From: Candidatus Latescibacterota bacterium
GTDB lineage: Bacteria; Latescibacterota; UBA2968; UBA8231
Reading direction: 5' to 3'
Assembly: GCA_965208105.1 (NCBI GenBank)
Contig: OZ242318.1
Location: 832,001-896,000 of the forward strand
DNA: 64,000 bases
The notes under the pieces are model-generated. The model had not been told where the DNA came from and did not search any database. It saw only the letters and a list, made by a program, of their open reading frames with translations. Positions 1 to 9,368 of the stretch are shown here, piece by piece; position 1 is the first letter of the stretch, and each line of letters begins with the position of its first letter. The translations under genes and the position numbers were made by a program.

Positions 1-1015
1 GCACTGAGAAGACTTTCTCAAGGGTGCGCTCGTCCCGCACCAGCAGGCAGCCCGCTTCGTAGGGCTGAAAGAACCACTTGTGCGCGTCCATCCCGATCGA
101 ATCGGCGCGCTCCATTCCGCGCAAGAGCTCTTTGCCCTGCTCGGTCACGACCGCGAATCCGCCATACGCTGCGTCAACATGCAGCCAGAAACCTTCCGCC
201 TCGCAGAAGTCTGCCATGGCTTCGAGCGGATCGATGGCTCCGGTGCTGGCTGTCCCTGCGTTGGCGCACACCGCGATGGGATTGAAGCCGGCATCGCGGT
301 CCGCGCTCACGGCGCGAGTCAGCGCCTCCATGTCCAGCCGGGTGTGCCCGTCGCTCGGAACCATGCGAATGCCCTCCGGCCGGACCCCGATGATCATCGC
401 CGCACGGCTGAGCACGCTATGGCTCTGATCGCTCATGTATACGGTAGCGCGCTCAGGGTGGCCGGCGGCCTCCCGGGCGGCGACGAGGGCGTTGAGACTG
501 GCAGCCGCGCCTCCGCTTGTGAAAAGCCCCCCCGCGCCCTCAGGGTAGCCGAGCCAGCGCCGAAACCAGTCGATGACCACCAATTCGAGCTGGCTCGGAC
601 CGCTTGCCACCAGCCAGGAGGTTGTATTGATGTTATACCCGGACGCCATGAAGTCGGCCAGCACACTCGGCCAGGTTGCCGACGACGGGACAAACGCGAA
701 GCATCGGGGATGATCCAGGCGCATCGCGAAAGGGAGGACCATGCGCGCGACCTGTTCAATGACCTCACCTGCCTCCCGGCCGTTTTCGGGCGGATCCTTC
801 AGCAACTGATCCTCCAGCTCCTGCCTGAAATCACCCTCCCAGGAATCTTCTGCGGGCAAGCGCTCCATCCGCTCCACCAAGATCTCCGCGGCCTTGCCGG
901 CGAGGTCAAGCATCTTTTCCGGCGTCATCCGGAGCTCACCGGCCGGACGCGGCTTTATCTCCCCTTCCTTTGAGGCAGAATGTGTCCCCCCACTTTTTCC
1001 CGAGATTTCCGTCAT
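1..1015 (-). CDS. PLP-dependent group II amino-acid decarboxylase (aromatic-L-amino-acid decarboxylase-like), 3' end outside window
   Basis: Manual minus-strand translation from ATG 1015: ...LDHPRCFAFVP...SGPSQLELVVIDWFRRWLGYPEGAGGLFTSGG...ADSIGMDAHKWFFQPYEAGC (PLP-lysine motif DxHKW). Absent from the ORF track because it runs off the window edge. Confidence 0.9.
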   Translation of the reverse strand, partial: MTEISGKSGGTHSASKEGEIKPRPAGELRMTPEKMLDLAGKAAEILVERMERLPAEDSWEGDFRQELEDQLLKDPPENGREAGEVIEQVARMVLPFAMRLDHPRCFAFVPSSATWPSVLADFMASGYNINTTSWLVASGPSQLELVVIDWFRRWLGYPEGAGGLFTSGGAAASLNALVAAREAAGHPERATVYMSDQSHSVLSRAAMIIGVRPEGIRMVPSDGHTRLDMEALTRAVSADRDAGFNPIAVCANAGTASTGAIDPLEAMADFCEAEGFWLHVDAAYGGFAVVTEQGKELLRGMERADSIGMDAHKWFFQPYEAGCLLVRDERTLEKVFSV

Positions 1016-1132
1016 CGTTTTCTCTATTTCCACTCTTCCTGTTGCTGCGAATCCCAATGATTGAGAGTGCAGCTCTCCTGGAACGAACAGCGGCTGTTTT
1101 CGACGTGACGGAAGCACATCCCATGAATGTCT

Positions 1133-1741
1133 TCAAGGCTGCGACTTCTTCAGCTCGTCGATTATTCGATCCGAATCCAGACGAATATCGAACTTTTCGT
1201 CGATGAACTTCCATGAGATTTTCCCATTTTCATCAACAATGAAGGTGGCGGGCCGCGCTATGTCCGCATTACCCGGGTCGACCACGTTGTAGGCGGATAT
1301 GGCCTGTAGCTCCTGGTCGGAGAGCGTTGGATAGGTTATTTCCAGCAATTTCCTCGTCGAAGCCACCTCAGAAGTCGAATCAGCGCTGATGGCAATCAGT
1401 TCGGCGCCCTCCGCTTGAATCCCCTCGTATCCTTTTTGCAACTCCACGAGTTGCGACTTGCAGAAGCCTCAGGTCCCCATGCGATAGAAGACCAGTACCA
1501 CCCCCTTGCCCTCATGGTCGGCGAGAGCGTGGACCTTTCCATCGCCGTCAGGAAGGGAAAATGCCGGTGCGTCTGCCCCGATGGCCAACCCTTGACCTGG
1601 AGGGAGTTGTCCCGTCCGGACCTGTTGGGAATCGGCCGTTCCGGCCTCGGATACTCCATTTGCCCTGGCGCAGGCAAAGCACATGAGCGCCGCGGTGAAC
1701 AGCACGACGCTCGCCCGCTCGCTGATGAGTTTTGGCAGCAT
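1133..1741 (-). CDS. AhpC/TSA (peroxiredoxin-like) thioredoxin-fold lipoprotein, predicted selenoprotein (Sec at TGA 1471..1469)
   Basis: ORFs 1469..1741 and 1133..1447 are in frame across one TGA: VVLVFYRMGT-U-GFC-KSQLVELQ, matching the FYRGxWCPxC motif with Sec at the first Cys. Also has APAFSLPD and ARPATFIVD motifs and a lipobox-like N-terminus (LMCFAC). Confidence 0.85.
1438..1454 (-). promoter_or_regulatory. bacterial SECIS-like hairpin
   Basis: mRNA GCAACUC-GUG-GAGUUGC: perfect 7-bp stem starting 14 nt after the in-frame UGA, G as first loop base. Confidence 0.75.
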
Positions 1742-2028
1742 TTCTCAAGACTCCTTTCGGGTGAATTTGATCGCATTCATGGGCTAACAAAGCTAAACGA
1801 CGATGGGAGGATGATAGAATCCATCCTGTGGGACTCCTCGATCCAGTTGAGTGTGATTTAGACCCTTTTTCATCCCTGCATCAAGCCACTGCCCAAGACA
1901 GGCCACCGACGCTGTGGGACAGGGGGTGAAATCAAACTTTCTCCCCGCACCACCAGCTTTACCCGAACTTGCGCCCCGGGCGGGGATTCCAGTCCTTTAT
2001 CCCCTTCCTTAAACGCAGAGGTCACGAC

Positions 2029-3159
2029 ATGTCCAGAACCTACAGCGCGGCGGTCATCGGGTCCACCGGCATGGGCGGCTACGGTCATCGCCTGGATGCC
2101 GCCTTCCTGGAGGTCGAAGGGGTCGAGCTGGTCGCCGTCGCCGACCACGACCCCGCAGGACTCGCGGCGGCCGGGGAGCGGCTGGGTGTCTCCCGGCTCT
2201 ACCGCGACTACCGGCGGATGCTCGAGACCGAATTGCCCGATTTCGTCTGCATCGCCCCGAGCTGGGTCACCGAGCGCGTCCCCATGGTCGAGTCGGCGGC
2301 GGCGGCGGGATGCCACATCTACTGCGAGAAGCCAGCGGCGGGCAGCCTCGCCGAGGCGGACAGGATCGAGGCCGCCTGCCGCAGGGCCGATGTCAGAATG
2401 GCGATTGCCCATCAGTGGAGGGCCATGCCCCCGGTGCAAAAGGCCATCGAGGACGTGAAGGCTGGAAAGTTCGGGAAGCTGCTTCGCATCCGTGTCCGCC
2501 CCAAGGATGACAGCCGCGGCGGCGGCGAGGAGCTGCTGCTGCACGGGACCCACATGTTCGACTTGATGATGGCATTTGCCGGTGAGCCGCGCTGGGCCAG
2601 CGGACATGTCACCGTCGGCGGTCGAGACGCCACCGGAGACGATGCCGGGCGGGGCACGGCTCCCGTTGGACCCGTCATGGGCGATTCCATCTCGGCCCTT
2701 TTCGGCTTCGACGGAGGTGTCCGGGGGTTCTTCGACTCCACCGCCAATCTGGCAGTCCCCGGAGAATCCAATTTCGACAACCTCTTCGGTCTTTCCATCG
2801 AGTGCGAGCGGGCATCACTGGAACTGCGCCAACCGGGCGATGTCTACACCTACCCGGCACCGCGGGTGCTGCCCGACCTTGAGGACCTTGCCTGGGAAAT
2901 GGTCGTCCTGCCGCAATGGCACGGCCTCATCGAAAACGCGCCCAGCCTCCTGCACGGGAACTGGCTGGACATCGGCAACAAAATCCTCGCCAGGGACCTG
3001 ATCGACGCGGTGGAATCAGGCCGAGAACCGCTCTCCAGCATCCAATCGGTGCGGTTCGTCAACGAGATGGTTCAAGGGGTCTACAGCTCCCATCTGAGCG
3101 CCGGCCGCCGAATCCCCATTCCCCTGACTGATCGCGCCCATCCGCTGACAGACCGCTGA
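2029..3159 (+). CDS. Gfo/Idh/MocA family oxidoreductase
   Basis: AAVIGSTGMGGYGH Rossmann start, HIYCEKP motif, LLHGTHMFDLM; ATG 2029 preceded by GAGG. Confidence 0.9.
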   Translation: MSRTYSAAVIGSTGMGGYGHRLDAAFLEVEGVELVAVADHDPAGLAAAGERLGVSRLYRDYRRMLETELPDFVCIAPSWVTERVPMVESAAAAGCHIYCEKPAAGSLAEADRIEAACRRADVRMAIAHQWRAMPPVQKAIEDVKAGKFGKLLRIRVRPKDDSRGGGEELLLHGTHMFDLMMAFAGEPRWASGHVTVGGRDATGDDAGRGTAPVGPVMGDSISALFGFDGGVRGFFDSTANLAVPGESNFDNLFGLSIECERASLELRQPGDVYTYPAPRVLPDLEDLAWEMVVLPQWHGLIENAPSLLHGNWLDIGNKILARDLIDAVESGREPLSSIQSVRFVNEMVQGVYSSHLSAGRRIPIPLTDRAHPLTDR

Positions 3160-3206
3160 ACCAGGATTCCAGGCGGTTTCTCCGGGGCAGAGCCGGCGTC
3201 CCTGGT

Positions 3207-4553
3207 TCAGTCAACAGACGCAGGACCGGGTGCCGTCCGGTAGAAGGCCATGCTGGCGTAGCTCACCAGCGAGCCGGTGTCCGGCTGCCGGTTCTGCCCG
3301 TAGCTGAGCAGAGAGCCGCGGCAGCGGGCCCCGGCCAGCAGGGTGTGGAGCGAGTAGAGTCCGGAGACGGCGTCCACGTTGCGGCTGTTGCGGTCGGCGT
3401 GGAGGATTTGGGTGAAGCCGGCCGCATCGAAGCGCTGGGCGCATCCCAGCAGATCGCGGTCGGCTTGCTCGCAGGAGGAGGCGGCGGCATCGTCCACCTG
3501 TTCCCGATGGCCGAACTTGGGGCCGATGTGAGCCAGGTCCACGCTGAGCAGGTAGAGGGCGCGCTTGCCGCTGGCAGCCACCGCCTGCCGCAGGGCATCC
3601 AGCTCGGTGGCCACCTCCGGAGCCTGCAGCGGGTCCTTGCAGTCGCGCAGGTAGGAATCGACGCTGCCCAGCAGGACCGGGACCACCTCGAAGGGGGGCA
3701 GGTCCTCCCGCGCCTGGATGTACTGCAGAAACAGCAGCGGAAACTCCACCGAGTGCTCGGTGCGGTGCATCCACTGCTTCCGGGTGAGGTCGCGCCCGGC
3801 GCGCCTCGACCAGTCCTCGATCACGCCGCCGCTGGTTGCCACCTGACCGAAGGGGGTCGCGTAGTGCTTGCCGGTGGCGATGGCGAAGCTCTTACCCGCT
3901 TCGGTGCCGCCGTTGTGGGCCACTCCGAGGATGACGAAGAGCTCGAAGGGCGGCGAGCCCGCGGCCGCCTCGGCCAGGGCGGTGAAGGCGGGCGGGTAGA
4001 TTTCGCCGCCGGCGCGAAGGTCGATGTGCGGACACATCAGGGCCGCAAGGTCTGCCGCGGAATTCCCCGGGCTTGCGCCGTCCCTTTCCGAGGCGGCCGG
4101 GGCGGCGGCGAAGAAGCGGTCGAGCATGGCGGCCAGCTCACCCGGTTCCTGCGGATAGGCGGTTCCGGCGTGCCACGGCGGGCGGACCTCCGCATGCTCG
4201 AACTCGGCGCACACCTGGTCCATGCGCTCCGCCGCCACCTGGTCGTCCAGGTAGCAAGCCTCGCTCAGCACCTTCAGCAGGCGGCGGATCTCCTCTTCTT
4301 CGACCTCGTTGTCCGGGAACCGCCGCCGCAGCGCGGCGCGCACCTGTTCGATGGAGTGGCGGCCATCGAGATGGGACAGAACGAGCAGCCCCGCCACGCC
4401 CAGAACCAGGGGCTGGGGTGCGAATTCCAGCGGGTCGCGCAGGCAGAATGCCTGATTGCCCTCCTGCTCAAGGGGGATCACCTCCACCTGGCGGAGGCGG
4501 GGCAGCGGTGAATCGCTGGCGGATTCCAGGGGTGGTGGAGAGGAGTTGCCCAT
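3207..4553 (-). CDS. amrB: AmmeMemoRadiSam system protein B (MEMO1 family) with N-terminal extension
   Basis: VRPPWHAGTAYP, PHIDLRAGG, ILGVAH, EHSVEFPLLFLQY, SVDLAHIGPKFG, SLVSYAS. Start ATG 4553 chosen just after the upstream stop. Confidence 0.85.
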   Translation of the reverse strand: MGNSSPPPLESASDSPLPRLRQVEVIPLEQEGNQAFCLRDPLEFAPQPLVLGVAGLLVLSHLDGRHSIEQVRAALRRRFPDNEVEEEEIRRLLKVLSEACYLDDQVAAERMDQVCAEFEHAEVRPPWHAGTAYPQEPGELAAMLDRFFAAAPAASERDGASPGNSAADLAALMCPHIDLRAGGEIYPPAFTALAEAAAGSPPFELFVILGVAHNGGTEAGKSFAIATGKHYATPFGQVATSGGVIEDWSRRAGRDLTRKQWMHRTEHSVEFPLLFLQYIQAREDLPPFEVVPVLLGSVDSYLRDCKDPLQAPEVATELDALRQAVAASGKRALYLLSVDLAHIGPKFGHREQVDDAAASSCEQADRDLLGCAQRFDAAGFTQILHADRNSRNVDAVSGLYSLHTLLAGARCRGSLLSYGQNRQPDTGSLVSYASMAFYRTAPGPASVD

Positions 4554-4561
4554 TCCCCGTC

Positions 4562-7036
4562 CTAATGCGCTATCCCCAATCGATGCATGCGGCGGTGAAT
4601 CGCCTCGCGGGCTTCGATGAAGGGACGCTCCAGGTAGGCGAGATGGTCGTCCTCGCCGTGGTGGTGGGTGGCGGTGCCCGATGGGTGCCGGGCGGCGGTC
4701 TGGCGGATGTAGCTCAGGTTGCCGTCGATGAGGGTGAGCATGTACTGGGCGGCCTCGCGGTCGAACATCCACCACTCTCCGCCGCAGGCCACGTAGATAG
4801 GCGAGGTGTGGGCGAATATCCCCCTTTCCCAGCCGTCGTGGTGAGGAATGCTGGTATAGCCTGGAGCGCCGCAGCGGGCGGCGATCCAGGTGTGCCCGTC
4901 CACCTCTACCTTTGCCTTCAACTCCAGCCTCCGCGCGCCATTGCCGTCTTCAGTGGAGGCAACGACGCGGCCGCCCTGCACGATTTCCAGGGTGTGGATG
5001 GGGAAGATGCTCTGCGCCCACGCTTCCACCTCCACCGTGCCGGCGCCCGGCAACTGCATGGTGTCGCCGATGTGGTGTCCGTCGGCGGTGAGGTGAATGA
5101 TGGGACCGCCGCTGTGAAATGTCCTTCCCCGGGACACGCTCCTGCACCAGTTGTCGTAGCTGAATTCCTCATCGGGCAGGTAGGCGTAGGTGCGGTAGAT
5201 GCCGACGGGGACGTCGCTGCTCATCTTGTCCGTTCCGCCGACCAGGGGCAGGCGGTAGCCGCAGTTCAGGTAGCGGTAGTATTCCAGGTGATTGAAGGGT
5301 GCGTGACGCAGCATCTCCACCCCGTCCACGCGCCCGGAGGCAATCAGAGCGGCCGGCTCGCCGTTGGGGTTGGGAAGGTGGGGGATGATGACCGTGCCGC
5401 CCTGGGCATGGCACTGGTCGGCCCAGTCGCTCATGGTGATCTCCAGGGTCCCGCCGAGCTCGGCTTCACCGGGCCCGTCGCTGCACCACGGCATCACCGG
5501 CTCCTTGAGGCCCCAGAGGATGAGATGCCCGAGAAAGTGCTGCCGGTTCTCCTGGCCGACGTAGACGATGTTGTTGCCGTCTTGGGAGACGCTTGGACCC
5601 CCGGTGAAGTCCTCGGCATTGGTGAAGAGGTTGCCCCACTGGGACGGAAGCAGGTTGACGATGTTGAGGTCTTCGCCCTGGGACTCGGTGTGGCTGCCCT
5701 GGGTGGAGAGGAAGTGGACGTGGGAGTCGCCGCTGTACCAACCTTCCGCGTTCATGTGAATCCAGCGTTTCAGGCGCAATGTCAGCTCCCGCTGCCCAGG
5801 TTCGATGTTCACCCTGGTGCGCAGGGGCTCGTACTCGAACCCCCGGGCAACGTCCACGATGACCTCGCCGCGCGGCAGCCACCCCTGGCAGCGGCCGTCG
5901 ATGTAGGCGTAGGTGATCTGTCCGAGGCGGAGATCGCCGCCGACGTCGATATGCCAGGTGCCGAGGTTGGAATTGACCTGGTTGTGGTGTCCGTGGGGCT
6001 GGTAGGGAATGCCTTCGGGGGAGCGGAAGTGGACGCGGCAGGGGACCGGTTCGCCGCTGTCGTCGTCGAGGACGGTGACGTGAACCCAGTTGCGCCCGCG
6101 GTCGAGAAGCTCCACCCGCATGCGCGGGGTCTCCACCGCCTCCTTCTCCTCCACGTCCCCCCACCTGACCTCACCCACCTCCTCCTCGCCCTGCTTCACC
6201 GTCACCGTCGCCGAGGGAATGGCGGCGACCTCGACGTAGGCGGGGCTCGACCGGGGATTCTGCGCCTCGCCCCAGCCGGCGAAATCATCGCCGACGAACT
6301 CGTCGGCCGACGCCGCGGGCAATGGATGGACGTAAGACGCCGTCCCCCGGTCCACCTCCACGCTGAGATCGAAGGGTTTCTCCGCGTCCTCGGCGCCGGT
6401 CAGGATCAGGCGCGCTTCGCGCTTCCCGTGTTGCACGAAGGGATGCTCGTCGAGGTGGGAAAGGGTGATTCCGGCGATGATGAAGCGCGGCCCGGCGGGG
6501 ATGACTTCCAGGGACTCGAGCGCACGGTCCGGATGGGGATTCTTCCAGGACCACAGGTAATAGCCCCGGGCGTTGCCTCGCGCTACCTCCGTCTGCCGTC
6601 TCCCCATATCCTCCCATCTCCCTTCATTCCGCGGCAGCAACTGGTCGTTCTGGTCCGGCAGGGCGAGGAAGGGCGAACCCCCTTCGGACAGGTGCGCAAT
6701 TTCAAAGCGCTCGCGGATGGGGACGCGGATTTCTTCGCCGCCCGCCAGGCGGAACACGTAGTCGGCCACGGGATTTCCCAGCGGGCCGCCATCCATCAGC
6801 TCGGATTCCAGCAGACGATGGGCGATGATCACCCTGCGCGCGGGCAGGCCGATGGGAACGGTCGCCCCTCCCGAAGCGTCATCAAAAGCCATGAAACACT
6901 TAGCACCGTTCCCGCCCACCTGAAAGGGCAGGCCGCGGAATGTCTGTCTGCCGGTGGGGGCATCCGCGTCCGGGCCCAACACTTCGAGCCCTGCATTGCA
7001 TATCCTCGACAAATCGAGAGGTTGATAGTCTGCCAT
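4562..7036 (-). CDS. CehA/McbA family metallohydrolase (PHP-like domain)
   Basis: WYSGDSHVH, GQENRQHFLGHL, IIPHLPNP, YRYLNCGYRLPLVGGTDKM, FAHTSPIYV; start at MADYQPLDL. Confidence 0.8.
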   Translation of the reverse strand: MADYQPLDLSRICNAGLEVLGPDADAPTGRQTFRGLPFQVGGNGAKCFMAFDDASGGATVPIGLPARRVIIAHRLLESELMDGGPLGNPVADYVFRLAGGEEIRVPIRERFEIAHLSEGGSPFLALPDQNDQLLPRNEGRWEDMGRRQTEVARGNARGYYLWSWKNPHPDRALESLEVIPAGPRFIIAGITLSHLDEHPFVQHGKREARLILTGAEDAEKPFDLSVEVDRGTASYVHPLPAASADEFVGDDFAGWGEAQNPRSSPAYVEVAAIPSATVTVKQGEEEVGEVRWGDVEEKEAVETPRMRVELLDRGRNWVHVTVLDDDSGEPVPCRVHFRSPEGIPYQPHGHHNQVNSNLGTWHIDVGGDLRLGQITYAYIDGRCQGWLPRGEVIVDVARGFEYEPLRTRVNIEPGQRELTLRLKRWIHMNAEGWYSGDSHVHFLSTQGSHTESQGEDLNIVNLLPSQWGNLFTNAEDFTGGPSVSQDGNNIVYVGQENRQHFLGHLILWGLKEPVMPWCSDGPGEAELGGTLEITMSDWADQCHAQGGTVIIPHLPNPNGEPAALIASGRVDGVEMLRHAPFNHLEYYRYLNCGYRLPLVGGTDKMSSDVPVGIYRTYAYLPDEEFSYDNWCRSVSRGRTFHSGGPIIHLTADGHHIGDTMQLPGAGTVEVEAWAQSIFPIHTLEIVQGGRVVASTEDGNGARRLELKAKVEVDGHTWIAARCGAPGYTSIPHHDGWERGIFAHTSPIYVACGGEWWMFDREAAQYMLTLIDGNLSYIRQTAARHPSGTATHHHGEDDHLAYLERPFIEAREAIHRRMHRLGIAH

Positions 7037-7193
7037 GAGAGGCGCCCCTTTCCGTTGCGAATAGCGGTGGCGGGTTTCGTGGTAGAGTTGTGGTGTATAA
7101 TATAGGCCCTCCATCGAGGTCTTTGTCAATGCGTTCACCTCACGCCCCGGCCGGACAGGACCACTTGCAAACCGGCTGCAGGAGAAACTGAAT

Positions 7194-8090
7194 ATGGTGC
7201 GCACGGCACCGCTGGATCGCTCCCATCTTCACCAGACACTGGCGCTGGTCAACAGTCATCTTGGCACCCTGGTTCCCGGGTGGAGCTTGACTCCAGATTA
7301 TTTCTGGGAGCGCCTGAAGAGCAATCCCGAGGAGTATGTCGTCGATCCCTGGGTTGTCGAAAGGAAGTCCATCGTCGGGATAGTCAGGGACCGCGTCTGT
7401 GCTGCGGCCCACCTCCTCCGCTACGGCGACGACACGCGCTGGAGCGGAGTTGGAGAAATTGCCTGGATCCTGTTCTTGCCCAAGGAGCGCGAAGCCGGCG
7501 CGGCGGTTCTGAGTGAGTGCCGGCGCCAGATCAAGGCCTGGCAGGTAACGAAGGAGCAGATTTCGGTTTCCCTGCCCGTTCCGGTGTGCGTGGGAATACC
7601 GGATGTCTGGCCCCACATCGGCGGTCTGATGGAACAATCCGGCTATTCGGCCAATGATGACATTGACGAATCCGTCTATGGTGGAAGCCTGGAAGGAATC
7701 TCCGGTCCGGATGGGTCGCCCATAAAAGGCGCAACGATCCAACGCGAGGTTGGGGATCTCAGTACTCGATTCGTCGCCCGGCTGGGGGGACGCGACATTG
7801 CCTGCTGTGAATGTATTTCAGACTTCACCGCAGGCGGCCAGTTGCCTGCATTTGCCGGATGGGCGGAGCTCTCGGAGCTGGAAACGTGCAAAACGATGCG
7901 CAATCGGGGAGTGGGTTCATGGATCGTCCGTCACGCAGTTGAATGGCTGCGGCTGGCAGGCTGCGAGCGGATTGTGATGGCTGTGGCACGAGAGGACGAA
8001 AGGGCGGGTGCGGGCAGGTTCTACAACCGGTTTGGCTGGATGCCTCTGGTACGAGAAAAAAAGCATTGGCGGAGGCAGAAAGGAAAATAA
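7194..8090 (+). CDS. GNAT family N-acetyltransferase (tandem domain)
   Basis: C-terminal MRNRGVGSWIV acetyl-CoA motif and AGRFYNRFGW. Confidence 0.75.
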   Translation: MVRTAPLDRSHLHQTLALVNSHLGTLVPGWSLTPDYFWERLKSNPEEYVVDPWVVERKSIVGIVRDRVCAAAHLLRYGDDTRWSGVGEIAWILFLPKEREAGAAVLSECRRQIKAWQVTKEQISVSLPVPVCVGIPDVWPHIGGLMEQSGYSANDDIDESVYGGSLEGISGPDGSPIKGATIQREVGDLSTRFVARLGGRDIACCECISDFTAGGQLPAFAGWAELSELETCKTMRNRGVGSWIVRHAVEWLRLAGCERIVMAVAREDERAGAGRFYNRFGWMPLVREKKHWRRQKGK

Positions 8091-8219
8091 TCGCGCCCAG
8101 GATGGGTGTGCGTGCCTGGCCGTCGGCCCCAGACAGGTCAGCTGGGCTAACCTAACTGACCCCAAGGCGGATATTGCGGGAGGCCAGGCGCAGGTCCCCG
8201 CAGGATCCCGCACCCCGTG

Positions 8220-8416
8220 TCAGGCCCCCTCGAGGTCGTGGCGATGCGCCGCGACCATCAGGATCGAAGGCGGCTCCAGATCCAAAAGGTGGGCCGCGGT
8301 CTCGTAGACTTCCCGGTCGGCCTTGTAATGGCGCGCATTCCCTCCGCCCAGGCCGGGTTGGCGTTGGCGGCGAGTACCCGGCGGATATCGACCACAAGCT
8401 GCAGGTTCGATGTCAA
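8220..8416 (-). pseudogene. fused remnant: DNA alkylation repair (AlkD-like) N-terminus plus haloacid dehalogenase type II C-terminus
   Basis: TTG overlapping the upstream stop gives LTSNLQLVVDIRRVLAANANPAWAEGMRA; another frame continues HYKADREVYETAAHLLDLEPPSILMVAAHRHDLEGA* (HAD-II YKP...MVAAH..DL motif). Confidence 0.6.
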
Positions 8417-9291
8417 CGCTTCCTCGCGGCTTTCCTCAGCGCCCCTTTGAACGCCTTCTCGATCTCGCCGCGGGCGACGATCGCGTCCTTCCAGATGTCG
8501 GGGAAGCAGGCCAGGCCATAGCCCGAACCCTTCGGCCCCAGCTCGACCACGGCCCAGAGCACGGAGGCTCCACGCTGTCCCTTGACCCAGTGGAAAAGAA
8601 GGTGTTTGAGGAAGTTGTCGCGCCAGGTGATGAAATCCGGGTCCAGGGCTCCGCGGCCGTTGGTGACCGGCGTCTGGCAATGGCTCCCCGTGAAGGTGCG
8701 GAAGTGAATCAGCTCGCTCCTTTTGAGCAGGTCGGGGCGGTATTCGGAAATTCGCTCCCAGAAGTTTTCAGGGCGCAGCTGTTTGATGATCGCCGGGTGG
8801 GAGTGGTCGAAATTGGTGCTCAGCTTCTCCTTGTAGCGCTTCTCGTACTGCGCCGCCAGCGCCAGCCCCTTCTCCGGGGTCTCGGTGCAGGTGTCGCGGT
8901 GCCATTCGATGGCCGGCTTGAGCCTCAGCTTCCTGCCCTCCTTCATCACCGCCCGCGCCACGGTCACCGCCCTGGGAATGGGCGTATCGTGGTCGCAGAG
9001 CTGGACGTTGACGTGCCGGGCTCCCGCCTCCTTGAAAGCCGATAGCTTGGGACCGGCTTCATCCACCGTGGCAATATCGACCCCGCCCACGAGCTGCAGA
9101 CCGTGCCTGGCGCAGGCCTCGGCGATCTCCGGATCGGCCCCGGCGCTGAAGCCGTCGAAGCCGGCGTCCCTGGCGGCCCGGACCTTGGCGTCCATGGACC
9201 ACTGCCTGGCTTCCGAGGGATAATTCGTCAGGGTCCATGCCGCGGCACAGAGCTTGAGCTGCGGTCTTCTGACCTGCTTTTTCCTGGCCAT
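8413..9291 (-). CDS. sugar phosphate isomerase/epimerase (xylose isomerase-like TIM barrel)
   Basis: AARDAGFDGF, IEWHRDT, NFDHSH, VELGP motifs; start MARKKQ with GGAGAGG RBS. Confidence 0.75.
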   Translation of the reverse strand: MARKKQVRRPQLKLCAAAWTLTNYPSEARQWSMDAKVRAARDAGFDGFSAGADPEIAEACARHGLQLVGGVDIATVDEAGPKLSAFKEAGARHVNVQLCDHDTPIPRAVTVARAVMKEGRKLRLKPAIEWHRDTCTETPEKGLALAAQYEKRYKEKLSTNFDHSHPAIIKQLRPENFWERISEYRPDLLKRSELIHFRTFTGSHCQTPVTNGRGALDPDFITWRDNFLKHLLFHWVKGQRGASVLWAVVELGPKGSGYGLACFPDIWKDAIVARGEIEKAFKGALRKAARKR

Positions 9292-9368
9292 TGTCCTCTC
9301 CTTTGCATGGGATGATTTTGCCGTTGCGCGCAGAGCCGGCATCGGCGATGAGTACGTCGGATGTTCTC

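Noticed and set aside
80-973. 297-aa plus-strand ORF
   Set aside because: Antisense shadow of the decarboxylase, which has the recognisable PLP motif on the minus strand.
4073-7105. Long antisense ORFs (e.g. 1010 aa here, 812 aa at 29910..32348, 638 aa at 27191..29107)
   Set aside because: Shadow frames of real genes in high-GC DNA with no recognisable motifs.
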